A DNA stretch of 61,991 nt, filler included, from Sphacelaria rigidula (GCA_964200075.2; 9 parts of 9 records of this genome joined end to end with filler, not necessarily neighbours in it), one strand, 5' to 3'; shown: positions 46,196 to 59,869, numbered from the whole stretch's first letter. Notes: a model not told the origin generated them from the letters alone. Made by a program: numbers and translations.

Positions 46196-47214
46196 TGTGC
46201 ATCAACCGCACAAACTACGTGAGTCAGGAAGCGAAAAGTTAGATGCTGTTGTTACTACCCCATGAAGGAGCGACCAATCAACAGCTCTCACTTGTATTTG
46301 GTAGTGGTGTCACATCTCCCAGTTCAATATAAATCGAATCGTACATTCTTCGATAAAAGGCCGGATGCTATACGGCAAACAGATTTTTGGCCCATGGACT
46401 GTTCACCTCTATTATTAGGACGTTTGACCCACGTTTTGATCCCCAAACACGGAAAATCGGCAACATACGTCTCGGACACTTTTCACCACCCCACAGAGAA
46501 GGAGCCTAGCTTACTTTTCGGATTATTCGCTTGGCTCGAAGGTTTCAATACTGGCCGCTGAACAATAGCTCGTGTGCAATGATATTTGCTTGCAAAGGTA
46601 CGGCAGTTTGTCTAATAATCTGTGTGGATATCACCGTAGATCATATTGCACAAGGAATATTGTTCAGCGGCCACTCTTGAAACCTTGGATCAAAGCGAAA
46701 TCTGAAAAGTGGGCTAGGCTCCTCTCTGTTGGCTGATGCGAAGTGTTCAAGACGCGTGTTGACGATTTTCCCTGTTCGGGGGTGAAAGAGTGGGTCAAAC
46801 GTCCCAAGAGTGAACAACTCCTGGGTCAAAAATCTGTGTGTGTGCCGTAACATCCGCCTCAAATTTAAATAGTGGTGAAACACCCGAGTTTATATCGATC
46901 GAAAAAAGGTGGGCTTCATGGAAATCATCAGTACCAGGAAATTGGGGAAACACCGTCAATTCACGAGGACAAAAAAACGTCCTGACGTCGCTTTATCATG
47001 CCGTATTCATTCTCGGGACCAAATTTGAAAGTTCAACTCTCAAAATTGAGGAGACAGAAGAAAACTTAGAAACCGAGCCGGGCAAAATTCGGAACAGTAT
47101 TTTCCAGGCTATTATTTACCCAGTCCTACGCCAAAAAAAGAAGTCAACTGCCAAGATTCCCGCATACACAAAAAAATAAAAAATCATAGGCACCTCATCA
47201 TGTATCTTTCGACG

Positions 47215-47335
47215 GTGTGTTGTGTTGTCCCATTTATTCTGGGCGCCAGTCTACCCCTTTCGGGATATATATGTGGGCGCATCAGCCGGGGTCACACAGG
47301 AGGAAGGTCAACACGGGAGCTCTTTTTTTTTCTTT
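47215..47335 (+). repeat. Short interspersed repeat (tgttgtcccatttattctgg...cagccggggtcacacagga)
   Basis: Copies at about 61830-61935 (+) and 41395-41450 (-, truncated by the contig end). Confidence 0.85.
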
Positions 47336-48764
47336 TCTTTTTTCAACAGGGTTTAGAATTATATTTTCAGTACAAATTGAGGGTTATTTTGCTTGTGGAT
47401 TTGAACCAGTCTGAAACTTGGAACAGAGGTAGACCACAACACAGACAGCATAGTCCCGGAGCGGCGGCACGTTTTACGTGGTGTGCTAGTTAAACGAAGC
47501 AAAATACGAATTTTGGGCAATGCCATCGATACGCCCTTCAAACGTAGTCCCCTCGGCTCAGACTGCGTGAGACGTCAGTGGATGCATATGTTGACACGCA
47601 GATACGCTCACTTCCTGCTGGGTGGCTCCTGCCCCGGCAAACGAACACATCGATCTGTATTGCGCACCTCTGGATGATGTCATTCTACGCGGTACCTATC
47701 TTGGTATCGCCTGTAGAGGTGCTCACTTCAGGAGGCACGGTCGCGCAAGCGCTGTTAGAACTTTGACGTGCGTGCTGAAACTTCGACCACATGCCATGTA
47801 CACTAGACACAACAATCCCATCTTGCTGAATCTGGGGTTGCGCGGTGTGTGCGTGCGTATTGGGGCGGAAAGATGTCGGATTCTGTTCCGATTTTTTCTT
47901 TTCTTTTCTTTTGGCGTAAGACTGTACCGGCCCAGGTTTAGTACTTGTGTTTTGAAACTTTATGCGGGACCTCTTGCTAGGGCAACCAAAAAAAATTAGA
48001 AGGGTTGACCTGACTTTTTTTCACTTGGTTAGGGCGTTTTAGTACAGTAAAAAAATACCCTATGTTCATGAGAACGCCCATACCTCTGAATATATATAAC
48101 AACATATTCGTGAGATTCAGAGGGTAATATCGGATTCAGAGTGGATGCTCTACTAGCGTTTCTAACAGGCAACTTTTTTTTTTTTCTTGAAACNNNNNNN
48201 NNNNNNNNNNNNNNNNNNNNNNNNNNNNNNNNNNNNNTTAATTAATTAANNNNNNNNNNNNNNNNNNNNNNNNNNNNNNNNNNNNNNNNNNNNCAGTCAC
48301 GATCATGAGTACCCCCCCCCCCCCCTCCCCCCCTCAAACGCAGGATGTCTCGAGGGTTCGTCTCAAAGAGGGTGAAGTACTCGAGTGAGTCCTGCAGATG
48401 CCTTTGCACGTACTCGCGCGTTAAAACAACGTGACACGTACCTGTTTGTGAAAAACCACAACACGGTGACGTCTGGTTTACTTTGAAGATATCATGGAGA
48501 TATCATGCAGTTAAAAAAAGCGGAATAACGTACAGGAAAGTACACCCCCCTTCGTACGCTGTTTCCGGCGTTCAGCTCAAATGTGCGAATTCGCGTGATC
48601 ATTATTCTGAGCATATGCAGTAGTGACGGTACCGGGAAAACGAGCCTACATATGTGACCACGGGTTCGAGAGACCGGGGTAACGTGCAGAAAAAACGATA
48701 CTATTAAAAGTATTGACAATATGAAAAATATTCTTCATATTAATCATAATAATTAATGATAATC

Positions 48765-48810
48765 TGTTATGTGACCACGGCTGGATTCCTGGGGGGTCAG
48801 TGAAAGTGCG

Positions 48811-48850
<40 letters not shown>

Positions 48851-48855
48851 CCAAC
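48765..48855 (+). repeat. SINE/LINE-type 3' tail ending in (CAAT)n
   Basis: ttatgtgaccacggctggatt...gtcag...gtgcgacaatcaatc... Related tails at about 50857-50947 and 54905-55005. Confidence 0.65.
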
Positions 48856-49213
48856 CGAACAACGATAATTCAAAAATCTTTGTAAAAATGATTTTAATAA
48901 CAACAATAAAAATAATAAAACAGTCACAAATATCGACATTTTACGAGGGTAAAGGAGGAGAACGCTACCGAGTATAGCAGATGTTCGTAACTGCATGTTC
49001 GCACGGAGTCACGTTCGTTGTGAGCACTGCTAGCTGGCCACAATCACGAGACGCAAATACGTAATCATTTTGATAGTACAAAGGGCGCCTCTCGAACGTG
49101 AAGCCCGTCCACTTCAAGATGTGCGTCTTCATACGTTCTCAGAGACGTGAAAATATGTACTTCGCCAAGGTATTAAACTTCGGGTGAGTATCGAGAGATG
49201 GGTTGATCCCCTT

Positions 49214-49378
49214 GAGACCATTAGACCATCAGACCATCATACCATTAGCTCATTAGACCATTAGACGATCAGACGATCAGACGATCAGACCATCAGATCA
49301 TCAGACCATCAGATCATCAGACCATCAGACCATTAGACCATTAGGCCATTAGACCATTATACCAATAGACCATTAGAG
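49214..49378. repeat. 8-bp minisatellite (AGACCAT[C/T])n, about 20 units
   Basis: Direct reading: agaccatc agaccatc ... agacgatc agacgatc ... agaccatt agaccatt. Confidence 0.9.
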
Positions 49379-49701
49379 CACGGACTCGTCCCGAGGAAGG
49401 AGAAAGGTTCAAAGTGTGATGAAGTACAAACAAAATGGAACAAAGTACATGCCACATATGTACTCACATCCATGAGATCGTAACAAACTTGTCGGCACCT
49501 TTTCCGGGCGAGCAAATGGCGGAAGAGCCGCTGCAGCACTCCCACACCGTCGCTCCTCGCCGTAGCTGACGCTTCCTCCTTCCTCATGCCTTGCGAGTCC
49601 ACCAATCAAGCACAAAAAGAGTCATCCCTCGACGGGACGGTCGCCGTTTGGAGTGATTCCCTACCACGGCCGGACTAGCACCACCACTGGAGAGAGATCG
49701 A

Positions 49702-49888
49702 CCCGTATTTTAACTATTTCATTGTCGAATGAGTCATAACCCGTGGTGACGCGCGCGCTACGGGTCACGCAGCAAAAGTCAGGGCTGCCACTGAAGAGAG
49801 ATTGGCCCGTATTTAACTATTCCACTTGTCGAATGAGTCATGCCGGGTGGTGACTCGCATGCTACTGGTCATGCAGAAACATCAGGGC
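49702..49888. repeat. Diverged direct duplication (period about 105 bp)
   Basis: cccgtattt(t)aactatt...ttgtcgaatgagtcat...gtggtgac...tcagggc occurs twice. Confidence 0.75.
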
Positions 49889-51024
49889 AAGGCCATGGCT
49901 CGAGTCATACAAGTCGTTCGAAAACAAAATTGGGAGTCACACGGCTCGACTCATACGAATCATTCCTAAACGTTAGAACGACTAACTCGACTCGTGTCAA
50001 CCGGGTTATTCCGAAAAATGAGGGCAAGGTTGACTGGAGAGCCAAAACGTATATGCCACCCGTTAAGTATTCCAAAAGCAGTGCCAGCTGAGTCCAGATC
50101 CCCGACGAGTCAGAGACCAGAGTCGTTCGATGTGCGAACTATGTCACCATCTGAAACGATCCTATCGTTTTCACGTGCGACTATGTTGTTACTTGGGGTA
50201 AGGAGCTGCGTTCCCCTTACCATAGAATAGCTCGTATCCGCTAACCAACACAGCACCCCCTGGATTATGGCAATACATTACATTGTCAAAAATGCACTGC
50301 GTTCAGTATGGAATCTATTTGTCTGTTGCAATAGGCGCAATAGTCGATACTATACGCAGTACAATTTTTGACTGTGTATTCTACAGTCCAGGGTATGCAA
50401 CACAGGCCGCTGCGCCACGTTGGTCCAGCGGGTACGTCAAGTACTGATTTGGGCGAATTTTATGGGTTCTCATCTTGACAGTAGTCTATTTCCTGGTTCC
50501 TGTCGTCTTGAAAAACGAGAATCAGAAACGGAGAAGCGAACCCGACGAAAGTGGACCAGCTCCGGGGGGGTCATGATCCATTTTTCCATGAGATTGTGCG
50601 AAATGTAGGTGCTAGGGGAGCGATGAGTTGATACCTCTCGACTTCGGATCGATGTGGGGAGGGCTATCGCGAGACCTACCTTCAAGAGTGGGGGGAAATG
50701 TCACCTAGAAAATAAAATTTTGCTATACTACCACCTTTCCGACAGAAGCCATGTGGCAGAGGCCGACCTTCTCTTTTCTTCTTTTCTTTTTCTTCGTCTA
50801 CTCTGTTGGCCTAGTCCACCCTTTCTTTTTTGTCCCCTTCTTTTTTGTTTCTCTTAAGCGAGTGTTTCAGTGTTGGCTAGTCTCGGGTACGTCTATCATG
50901 ATTTGGGCGGGTCAGCTTAAGTGCGACAATCAACCGACCAAATCAACGACTGCAGTGGTACATCCTGTGATATGCTGGCGAAACAAAAGGCGGTACTGTC
51001 AAGCTATCGTCTGAGACCATGGCT

Positions 51025-51275
51025 GAAACTTCCTACGATAGCCCCCCTAAACAAAGTGCTGGTTTGTGGAGGTGAAATCTTCACGTAAATTGAAATGGAA
51101 GCGGCCAAGAACAACGAGCAGCTAGGGATTCCCACGCTTGGGTTAGTTCTCGTCAATGTTGCCCATATGAGGCGCTCCATGCAGCCTGAACCCAAACATC
51201 AGGCGCTGTATGACCACTTGTTTCGTGACACTTTTGGGCTGGTTTGGGGGGGGGGGGGCTGTGGTAGAAAGTGTC
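51025..51275. mobile_element. Second copy of the same MITE, inverted
   Basis: Reverse complement matches 12978-13224 along its length. TIRs gaaacttcctacgatagcccccc / gggggctgtggtagaaagtgtc. Flanks are ggct and ggat. Confidence 0.85.
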
Positions 51276-51679
51276 GGATAGGTTGTTGCATGCTGCAGAT
51301 AATGTCTTCCGGGTGCGCTACAGTCACGACGCGCATGATGTACTATTGTACAGAGAATGCAACTTGTCAGGAGAGTGCTTGCCGGCAGGTAGACCGGAGA
51401 GGTCCAAGCGCTATAATTTCAAGGAGAGGTTTGCGTCTGTGACGTAATCACACAAGAAACGGACATATTATGAAAAGGGTTGGTCTATTGAAATTGTTCT
51501 TGTCATTATATACGCCCCATTGTGAAATCGGGGGGGGGGGGGGGGGGGTGGGGTATTCGTTTTCTCCTATCCTTTGTCACAAACCCACCAACCCCAGCAT
51601 AACAGAAGANNNNNNNNNNGTATCTGCGTGTTCGGGCGCGAAGGGGACGGCCTGGAGATGGGGGCCGGTGGCCGTCCTC

Positions 51680-53015
51680 GTTTGTTGCTTGCCTTAGTCG
51701 TTTGACCATCGACCACGCATCCCTTTCGAGACGGTGCACCGTTCTTACTCCAAATGTAGACACGTCCAACATCTCGGCGCTGATTACGTTTCTTCCATAC
51801 ATTACACAAGACGTTTTACATGTCTTATCCCCCTTCTAATTCACCGTCTGTGACCGCCATCTATCTCCTGGTATAGCCGAAGTAATCTCGCTTCTGTTAT
51901 TATGTATCAAACGATTTCATGCTAACTTTCTTTACTTTCCGCATTTCCCCCTCCAAAACGTCCCGTTTCTCCTTGTATAGTTCACGTTCTGCCACTACAT
52001 GGGTTCTACTCTCTATTGCCCTGCCACAGGGGCAATCCTGTGCATCTATTTCCTCCTCTACTCGACTGCTGGTACACCTCGTCCTTCTTTCTGCCAGGTC
52101 AGCCCCCCAATCGAAATGTCTTTTTTTTTTTTCCCTTTCGGCATCCGTTGGGGCCTGCGGATATTTTTTCCTTCCTGCGGAGTCCATTGGACCATGCAGA
52201 TATATATTCATTCCTACCCCCTCCCTCAACCCCCGCGTATCTTCAGGTGCTGTTCTTCTCGTCCCCTTCCCGTCTGAGCCCTCATCTTCCCCTTATTTCT
52301 ATCATGTCTGTTACTGTTGTCTTGTACCCGCCACATTCACTTGTGAACATCATTTTGTCTCGGCCTCCTACTATGCCCTTCAAACATTTCTCGACTTCTC
52401 TATCCCACCTTATCCCAGCATTCTCTCTCGTTACTTTCTTCCGTAAAGCCCGATTGACTATATCTGTCCATCTCTTTGTTGGCATGCTCCTTACGCTGTT
52501 TTGTCATTTCAGTTTTCTCCTGTCTATCTTTGTTTCAAGTGGGCACACTCCGAATTCTGCTCTTAATGCTGCATTTACTCGACGTGTTTGAGCATCCAAG
52601 TATTTTCTTAGATGCTGCAGTCTGTACTGTTTCCACCTTCTTCATCAACTTTGCGTTCCCCTTCCAAACTTCTCCTCCATATTCGAGCTGTAGCCAAACG
52701 ATACCAAGCCGTAAGGTTTCGGCATAACCGCATGCATGATTGAAGCAGTAGCAGGGGACAGGGGATCCTGGCTTGATGGAGCTTTTCTGTGTGGCCTCTT
52801 GCTGTCTGGCTCGTGGTCTGTTGGGGATCACTCCGTGTTAATAACAACCTAGAAGAAGGGACTTGTCGAGCACGAGGCCAGTGATACTGGAGGAGTCCCT
52901 CGCTGAAAGTCCTCTTGTCCAGATCGTCTGGCAGAGACTATAGAGCTTCAGTAGAATCACGTATCTATATTCATCAGAATACATGTCTTGATTTTAGTAT
53001 CTAGGAGCGAATCTC
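51680..53015 (-). mobile_element. LINE 3' portion (end of RT, C-terminal Cys/His knuckle), degenerate and interrupted by a solo LTR
   Basis: LDTKIKTCILMN...KLEYGGEVWKGNAKLMKKVETVQTAASKKILGCS...YLHGPMD...CPCGRAIESRTHVV...GAPSRKGCVVDGQTTKASNK. A second copy of the tail lies at 53061-53113. Confidence 0.85.
52689..52942 (+). mobile_element. Solo LTR with 4-bp TSD GAGC
   Basis: GAGC|tgtagcc...gagactata|GAGC. Homologous to 39698-39955. Removal restores LINE ...LLKLEYGGEVW. Confidence 0.88.
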
Positions 53016-55020
53016 TTAGAGGGGGGGGTAATCATGATCATGCATGCCAGGGGGGGGGGCGTACTCATTTGTTGCTTGCCTTAGTCGTTTGACCATTGAC
53101 CACGCATCCCTTTNNNNNNNNNNGTTCGGGTTAATAGTGTTGCAGGCGGACTGGTCTTGCACATTGGGTATCGTACCTTTCATGGGGGGGCGAACATGGG
53201 GAGGGGGGGGAACGTGTTCGTGGTAGCAATGTAGGCATTGAACCAGGCCCCGCCTAAAAACAAGATGGGAATGCAGTGAAGACGCTCATAGTAAAATGAT
53301 GTTTCAGACGCCGTGCGCTATCTCACAGAAATATATCTCACAAAACAAAATGTCTCCCAAAATCCATGCGCAAATTGTACCCGTTTCATGGTCACATTGA
53401 CAAGTTACGTGTTTCAGGTCTGAGGCCACCGCTTTGGGGAATATTGTGTGTTTCCTTCGCAAACTATTAGCCCGTCGGACACTTTTCCAACGATGTTTGT
53501 GGCTTAAAAAAACAGAAAAATATAGTCGCCACATGTCCTGGATGATATATGCAGTCGCTTCGTTTGATGGAAGGATTAGCCCACCTTCCTGGTTCGGAAG
53601 GCCCGACGCTTTGTGAGCAGCCGTTGGCTCAAAATCTCAGAGGAAATGGCAATGGAAATGTGCGCGTGTGTGGATGTTTGTGATGTTGGGCGATTTTTCT
53701 ACATCTTTGACACATCTTTGCTGTGTTTTAGGAAAAGCGCTATCCTGTGTTTTGGGTGACAACGTTGGGGTTTTTTTTTTGTGTGTGTTTTAGGTTGCCA
53801 TTTGGATCACGTGGTCGCTTGTTGTAAACCCAAACAGACGAACGCACATTTTTACTGTCTTTTCAGATTAATGTTTTACTGCGTTTTTTCAGGTGCAAGT
53901 GTTTTATGGCGATGCCCCGTTAACCCCCCTGGCAAACCAGCCCCCAAACTGTTACAAGTAAAATAGTCATACAGCGTATGATGGCTAGTGCCAGCCCAGC
54001 CCGTATAAGGCGCCGCATATGGACGACATTGGCAGAAACAATCCAAAGCGTGCGAGAGTTCCCAGCTGTCAGGTGTGTTCGCCTTTTTTCATTTTGATTT
54101 ACATGTAGATTTTGCCTATCCAAACCAGCCACTTTTGGTGGGTGGGCTACCGCGGCGTCAGTCGTCACGGTGCTTCAGATCGACTTTTGGCTCACGTGCT
54201 CGTTTGGAAACCCAATGAGTCAAAATGCCCGATATCGTGGGCTAGATCTCATCGGGGTGAGGTGGTACATATCTTGTACTTTAAGTACATATCTTGCTAC
54301 AGCACACGCGTCAAATGTATTCATTAGTTGGATTGCGGGGGCACAACACTGGAAGATATTCTATTGATTTTGATCGATGGGTTGTCTCATTCTACCGGAA
54401 CTCCGGTGAGTCATGATCCAGCCGTGGTCACTATCAAGATGATGGGACGTACAGAACCCGAGATGAAAACAAAATGGAAACACTCGCTTAAGAAAAAAAC
54501 GTGTAGAAAAAAAACTCGGACTAGGCAGAGCAGACAAGCCCGAGGAGTATAGTGAAAATAAAAAAAGAGGGAAAAAGAGGAGAAATAGGAAAAAAACAAA
54601 AGAAAACAAGGACAAAAAAGAAAAATAAATAAACTAGAAATGGTCGCGCAAACTATGTGAAAACACAAACACACACACACAACCAGTTGCTGATTGCTTG
54701 ATTGACGGATTGTCGTATATTATGAAGAAGAGATCCCATCCACTAGCGTCCTGGGGGACTGACCGCATCTGGTTCAACCTTGTAGCGTTTTTAGCTTATC
54801 AGTGTACCCCTCACTCGTTCAAGGTCCCAGGCCGCTACCAATTCTTGTCGGCCACTGTATTCTTTTGATGTCATAGTCTACTATGTTTTTTTTTTTTTCT
54901 TTCTTCAGCGAGTGTTTCAGGATTGTTATGTCTCGGATACGCCTATCATGTGGATAGCGACGACGTGGGAGTCAGTTGAAGCGCAACAACCGATCAACCA
55001 ATCAATTCAAACTATAGGAA

Positions 55021-55092
55021 GCCGGTCGCCCCGGTGGCTCAGTTGGTAACCTCGTAACCTTCTGATGGTTGAATTGTGGAGTTCGATTCCCG
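55021..55092 (+). repeat. tRNA-derived (SINE-like) head, truncated by the contig end
   Basis: A-box tggctcagttgg, B-box gagttcgattccc. Confidence 0.55.
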
Positions 55093-56904
55093 NNNNNNNN
55101 NNNNNNNNNNNNNNNNNNNNNNNNNNNNNNNNNNNNTTAATTAATTAANNNNNNNNNNNNNNNNNNNNNNNNNNNNNNNNNNNNNNNNNNNNCCCCCCCC
55201 CAGCCAAACACCATACAAACTCCTAAATATTTGATTCCAGCGTCTGAGGTAAGCTACGCCCTTTCCTCCCCCGATGTGTGTCGGTGCAGCATACGATCTC
55301 CATCGATACGTCTGTGCAGAAAATAAAATAAAATAAGGTAACCTCGATAGCGTACCAGACAGTTCTGAAATTCATGTAACTCCTTTTAACCCTTTGGGCG
55401 CGAGGGTAGTCCATCTGGATCTTACATACTTTTTTCGCGTAAACCTGATGCCGATTTCACACATGACCTACTCTCGCCGTCGAATAGTCAAGAAATCGTA
55501 TACCCTGCAGAAGCGAACGTATCCGTATCCTACAGAAGACGACCACGAATATATCGTTGAGGTCTCGTCATATTTCCAACAGCTCTGCAGAACGACCATC
55601 ACCTGTAACAATTGTCAACCCGCCAACGTCACACTTCCCCAAATTAAAAGTATGGAAACTGCTCCTGCCGAAAATTGTAGGGAACATATCAGCGTTAGCG
55701 ACCCCCGAAGGATCGTGAACAACCGCCAACACTTCGCTGAAGTGGACCGATCACGATCACATCATGACGATCCACAAGGTCAGGGTTGTGGATCCACACA
55801 CGCAAGTTTGTGATCAGCCCTCTTTCGCACTTGTAACGAGTTCTCGCTCAGGAGCTACTACTTTCATTGGTTGAACCCTCGCGTACGAGTCCACCATCTT
55901 CTAGGGACCTAAATTTTGTTCATGGTGCCACCTGAAACCAGTTGCCCGCAACAACACTGTCCTTTGCAATGAATTCCCCTGTACCCGGGACTTCATGATT
56001 CGGATTCATAGGGTTAGAATTGGGGTTGGGGTTGGGGTTGGGTCGTGTCGATTGGGTTATCGACAGCCATCGCTGGTAGAGAGAACATTCTTGTCGAGAA
56101 GTGGAAACAATTGGGGCTGAAGATAATGATGGAGACGTACGAGTCCGATAATATTAGGGTGTAGATTCCACGTTGACACCCGAGACATAGAAAAAGGGTG
56201 CTTGCTCACTACAGGAAACACGACAGACACAACAAAGCGCCGACCGCGAGTGTCCACCGTTCGGGTAAGTTATAGTTACGAGTCACCCTACATTCGTCCG
56301 CATGTCGACAAAACGTGCTTTGTTCACGCATGTTCCCGGCGCTAATGCATGACGGTGTCAACACTCACCTACCCCCGAATGCTGTTCTGAGGAGCGATCT
56401 CTGAGGAAACAGACCCTTTTCATCCCGAACGTCAAAGAATAACCAAATATCAATAAGAGCGCACTGTCAGGCGTACCGTGCACAGGACAGTCACAGGTGA
56501 GGAGAGATGGCTCGAAAGTGCGCGTTCGCAAAGCTCGTGACACCTTGCGGCAACCCCGTGCAAAACGATCGAGAACCTGGTCTGATCCTTTGACCATATG
56601 ACCGCCAGAATGGCTCATTCAGGTGTGTGTGACTATCTCGTTTTCGACTCACAAATGGTTTTCGTCCGTGGCTTTGCTCGTGACTTTAAAATCATACTCA
56701 ACGAGCAAGGCGGTCCTGCACGTGATTTTGACTCTCCCCCATAGACTCCGGGGGGTAAGGAACAAACCGTTTAAATCGGCGAAATGTTCGACTGCTACGA
56801 GTATGTCCCAAATTGAAGTGACGTCATGGCATCATGAAACCGTTCAAAAAGTCAAAATGAAAAAAGGTTGGACTGCGACGTCAGGATGGTGTCGTGTCGG
56901 TTAA

Positions 56905-57002
56905 CCCTCAGACCGCGAGATTAGTCTTTCTGGATCATGCATACTTTTTTTCACTTGAAATTGATGCTGATTCAACAGAAGACTAATATCGCGGTCGAAG
57001 GG
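56905..57002. mobile_element. 98-bp piggyBac-type MITE
   Basis: TTAA|ccctcagaccgcgagattagtctt...aagactaatatcgcggtcgaaggg|TTAA, i.e. TTAA TSD with CCC/GGG termini. Confidence 0.85.
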
Positions 57003-58100
57003 TTAACGTGACCAAATCGGACGAGGAACCCGAAAACCCCTCAGATAGGTAGCGTTTGTTCGGGCCGACCATGGCATAAATACAACATTATTATTCTGTT
57101 GTGTCCACGAGGAATTTCGCAGACTGAGGCATACATTTGTATCAGATCCGGATCTTCATACACTATAGCCCAGGAACACTCCCAGGGACCACCAGACCAG
57201 TGCCTTAGTCAAAGTGACCCCTGTTTTCGCTCAAATCGGCGCCAAGCGGGTCAGGCGTTCCGCGCGGTGGTACGGCGGTACTGGCGTGTTGCGAAAATCA
57301 AGTCAAAACGCACATGAGGATCCATGTCTGAATCTTGTACGACCCCAATGGGAATGTCCACTTATCTGAAAATTGGGCCTATCGCACAACTCACGCTTGC
57401 GCCCGCACTTTTTCTCGCGATCGAGTCACGAGCGAGATTCAATCGCACAGCATGACATGGCACCCATGCGTAGCGCTGTAGAAGACGGCACAGTATTCCT
57501 CAGCAACACGACAAACTGACAATGTTCCGCGTCGTTTTATACATTTGTAGATGTCCCGATTTCGTTTCCGATATGACATCCCGTCACAACTGCGCAATGA
57601 GACGCGTGCCGGAGCCCCAAGCAGCCCCCACCACTCGGGAAGAAGATATGTTAGTGGTGCGTATGGGTGCGAGGTCATGGTCACATGCGTATGGAATGAC
57701 TCGAGATGAGGGACGGCAACTCCAACACAACAACTTCATGAAGTTTGCAAAGATATTGATCGGCCCAGCTGATAGCCACACACCCTACATACCGCGATCT
57801 TGTCCCACGCAAAATTCTTGTACGAAAATATAAGTGGGAACGGAAAATCATCAATGCCCCGGCCATGAGGGGATGGGAATACTCAGATGTAAACGTAGCA
57901 TGCGATGGTCGGCAGTAAAACGGTGTTATACACTAGGCTACAGTTGTCCAGCACACAGTATCGCCTGTGCCTTGCTGCTTCCCATCGCGTGCCTGCTTGG
58001 CAAAATTGTGGCAAACGTGTGCTCTACATATGCACGTACGCCTGCCCAATTCAGCGCTAGATTCTTCGTCTAGCGAAGCAGGTCTCCGCATTTTTCTTAC

Positions 58101-58264
58101 CCTCGAGATTTAGAACTCCCCTGCAGATGACGCCGGCTATTCTGCCTTTGATGAGCACGCAGCTGCTTCTGCTGCGTCTCTCGTCCATGGGCTGAGCCAG
58201 CGTCCGCCAATGCCAGTACTGCTGCCGGTGCCACAGCAAGGGCGTACGCTGCTCCTGCCCTCAT
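58101..58264 (-). CDS. Possible first exon of a secreted protein
   Basis: MRAGAAYALAVAPAAVLALADAGSAHG...NSRRHLQGSSKSR|gtaag. Signal-peptide-like start and a strong donor. No downstream exon identified. Confidence 0.4.
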
Positions 58265-59170
58265 GATGATAAAGTAAAGGACAAGATACACAACGGTCCG
58301 TTACGAGCCGCGTCACAAGATCTGCCCTACCCCAAAAGTCTCGTGACAGATTTTCGGATTTAGCTGTGCGAAAAAAAGGTAGTGCCAGGGGGTTTCCTTG
58401 TGGACACCAGATGGAGTTGTGGTGTACCCTCAGCTTTTCAGACTCTGAAGAGAGGTAGACCCAAGATCCGTTGGGGGGCAGTGGAAGATGGGAAGAAACT
58501 GCGGGCATATGGTGTGTGGTGCGTCCGGCGTCTCAGCTCAACAGGCTCTCAAAAATTAGTACAAAGTATCAACCATGACAGTAGGGACAATTTGTACGAA
58601 TCATGGATCGCAAGGGTCGGAAGAAGTTGACACGTGGCCGGAACGGTTTTGCTACCTAGGGTCTTCGCTAAGATATTCCCCTGCAATTTATGGTTGACAA
58701 GTATTTCTTGTTAGGGTCGGGGTGGCATACTGTATGCTTGCTATATGGATCTTTGGAGGGCAGGCAGCAGATACTCTCCTCTTGACCCGGCACAGCACGC
58801 CACATCTTTTGCAAAAGTGGACCCGATTCGTCACACTGAATAGTGCTGATGGTTGTACTATACAAACACAATAGAGTAGCAACAACAAACCACTTTGCAT
58901 GCCCCACCTCAGGGGTGGGGGGTGAACCCCCCCGATAACCCCCCCGATGAGGGGTATCGTTTTGTCATGCAATGCTTGTCATGATACATCTGGTATGCTC
59001 GCATGTATGGCTATCCCTTGAGAGGTCGAAATATGGAACCTTGCGATTCTTAGTTCTTTGGTTGGTGGTATTTGGGGCCTTGAGTCTCGCCCGTAGTCGG
59101 ACCCTGTATCCATTTCTACTTGGCCTCGCGCGTCGAGTTGGAAAGCCGGGTGCCACCCCCTGAAGTCCGA

Positions 59171-59200
59171 ATGGCCACCTGCAGCACCGGATCTTCTGAG
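59171..59200 (+). CDS. Possible first coding exon of the Nudix-like gene
   Basis: MATCSTGSSE|gtcag. Phase 0 fits the exon at 59870. Confidence 0.3.
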
Positions 59201-59869
59201 GTCAGCCATATGTTTTCTCTTTCTTCTTTATTTTTTATCCCTGTTTCGCTTGTATCGTGTTTTGTGGGTACAACAGTCAGTAGGTCTGTTTTGTTTTTTA
59301 GTTTTGTTTGATTTCCCCATACCTTATTATATGTACGAGTAGCTAGGCTGTGACTACGGAAGGCGTCCGCATCAGATGCCCAGTGCGAATGTACCAGATA
59401 TCAGAACGATTTTTAATGTGAAGACTGCAACAACAACAAGAACAACAGCAACAACATTACACGAGTACACCACGGTAGCACATTCGCGCAGGACTCTGCA
59501 AATGCTTCACTGACTACTGTGTATGTTTCACGGACTGTACATGTGCATGCGTACCTGGGCATGTCGACTTCGACCGCAAGGAGCAACCGTCATGATATAA
59601 GACAAACCACAGTCATGACCAGGGACATCACCCACTGTAGGTCCAAGCCATACTCTCTGACGAGGAGACTACTAGATCACTTACAATTGATACAGAACAG
59701 ACAAGACACACAGAGGCCTGTACTATTGTAACCAAAGCAATTTGGCTTCACTAGTGTATTGTTTTTCGGCCAAAATTATTATTCATGTACAATGTGGTAC
59801 AACCAAGTACAACAGACCAGGGAGTGATAAACGCGGCGCAATAACCCTGACAGTCCCGTGAACGCACAG

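Noticed and set aside
49468..49589. Possible minus-strand exon ending at gtgagt
   Set aside because: Frame is ambiguous and no recognisable product.
53893..53957. Possible plus-strand micro-exon after ttttcag
   Set aside because: No partner exons or homology.
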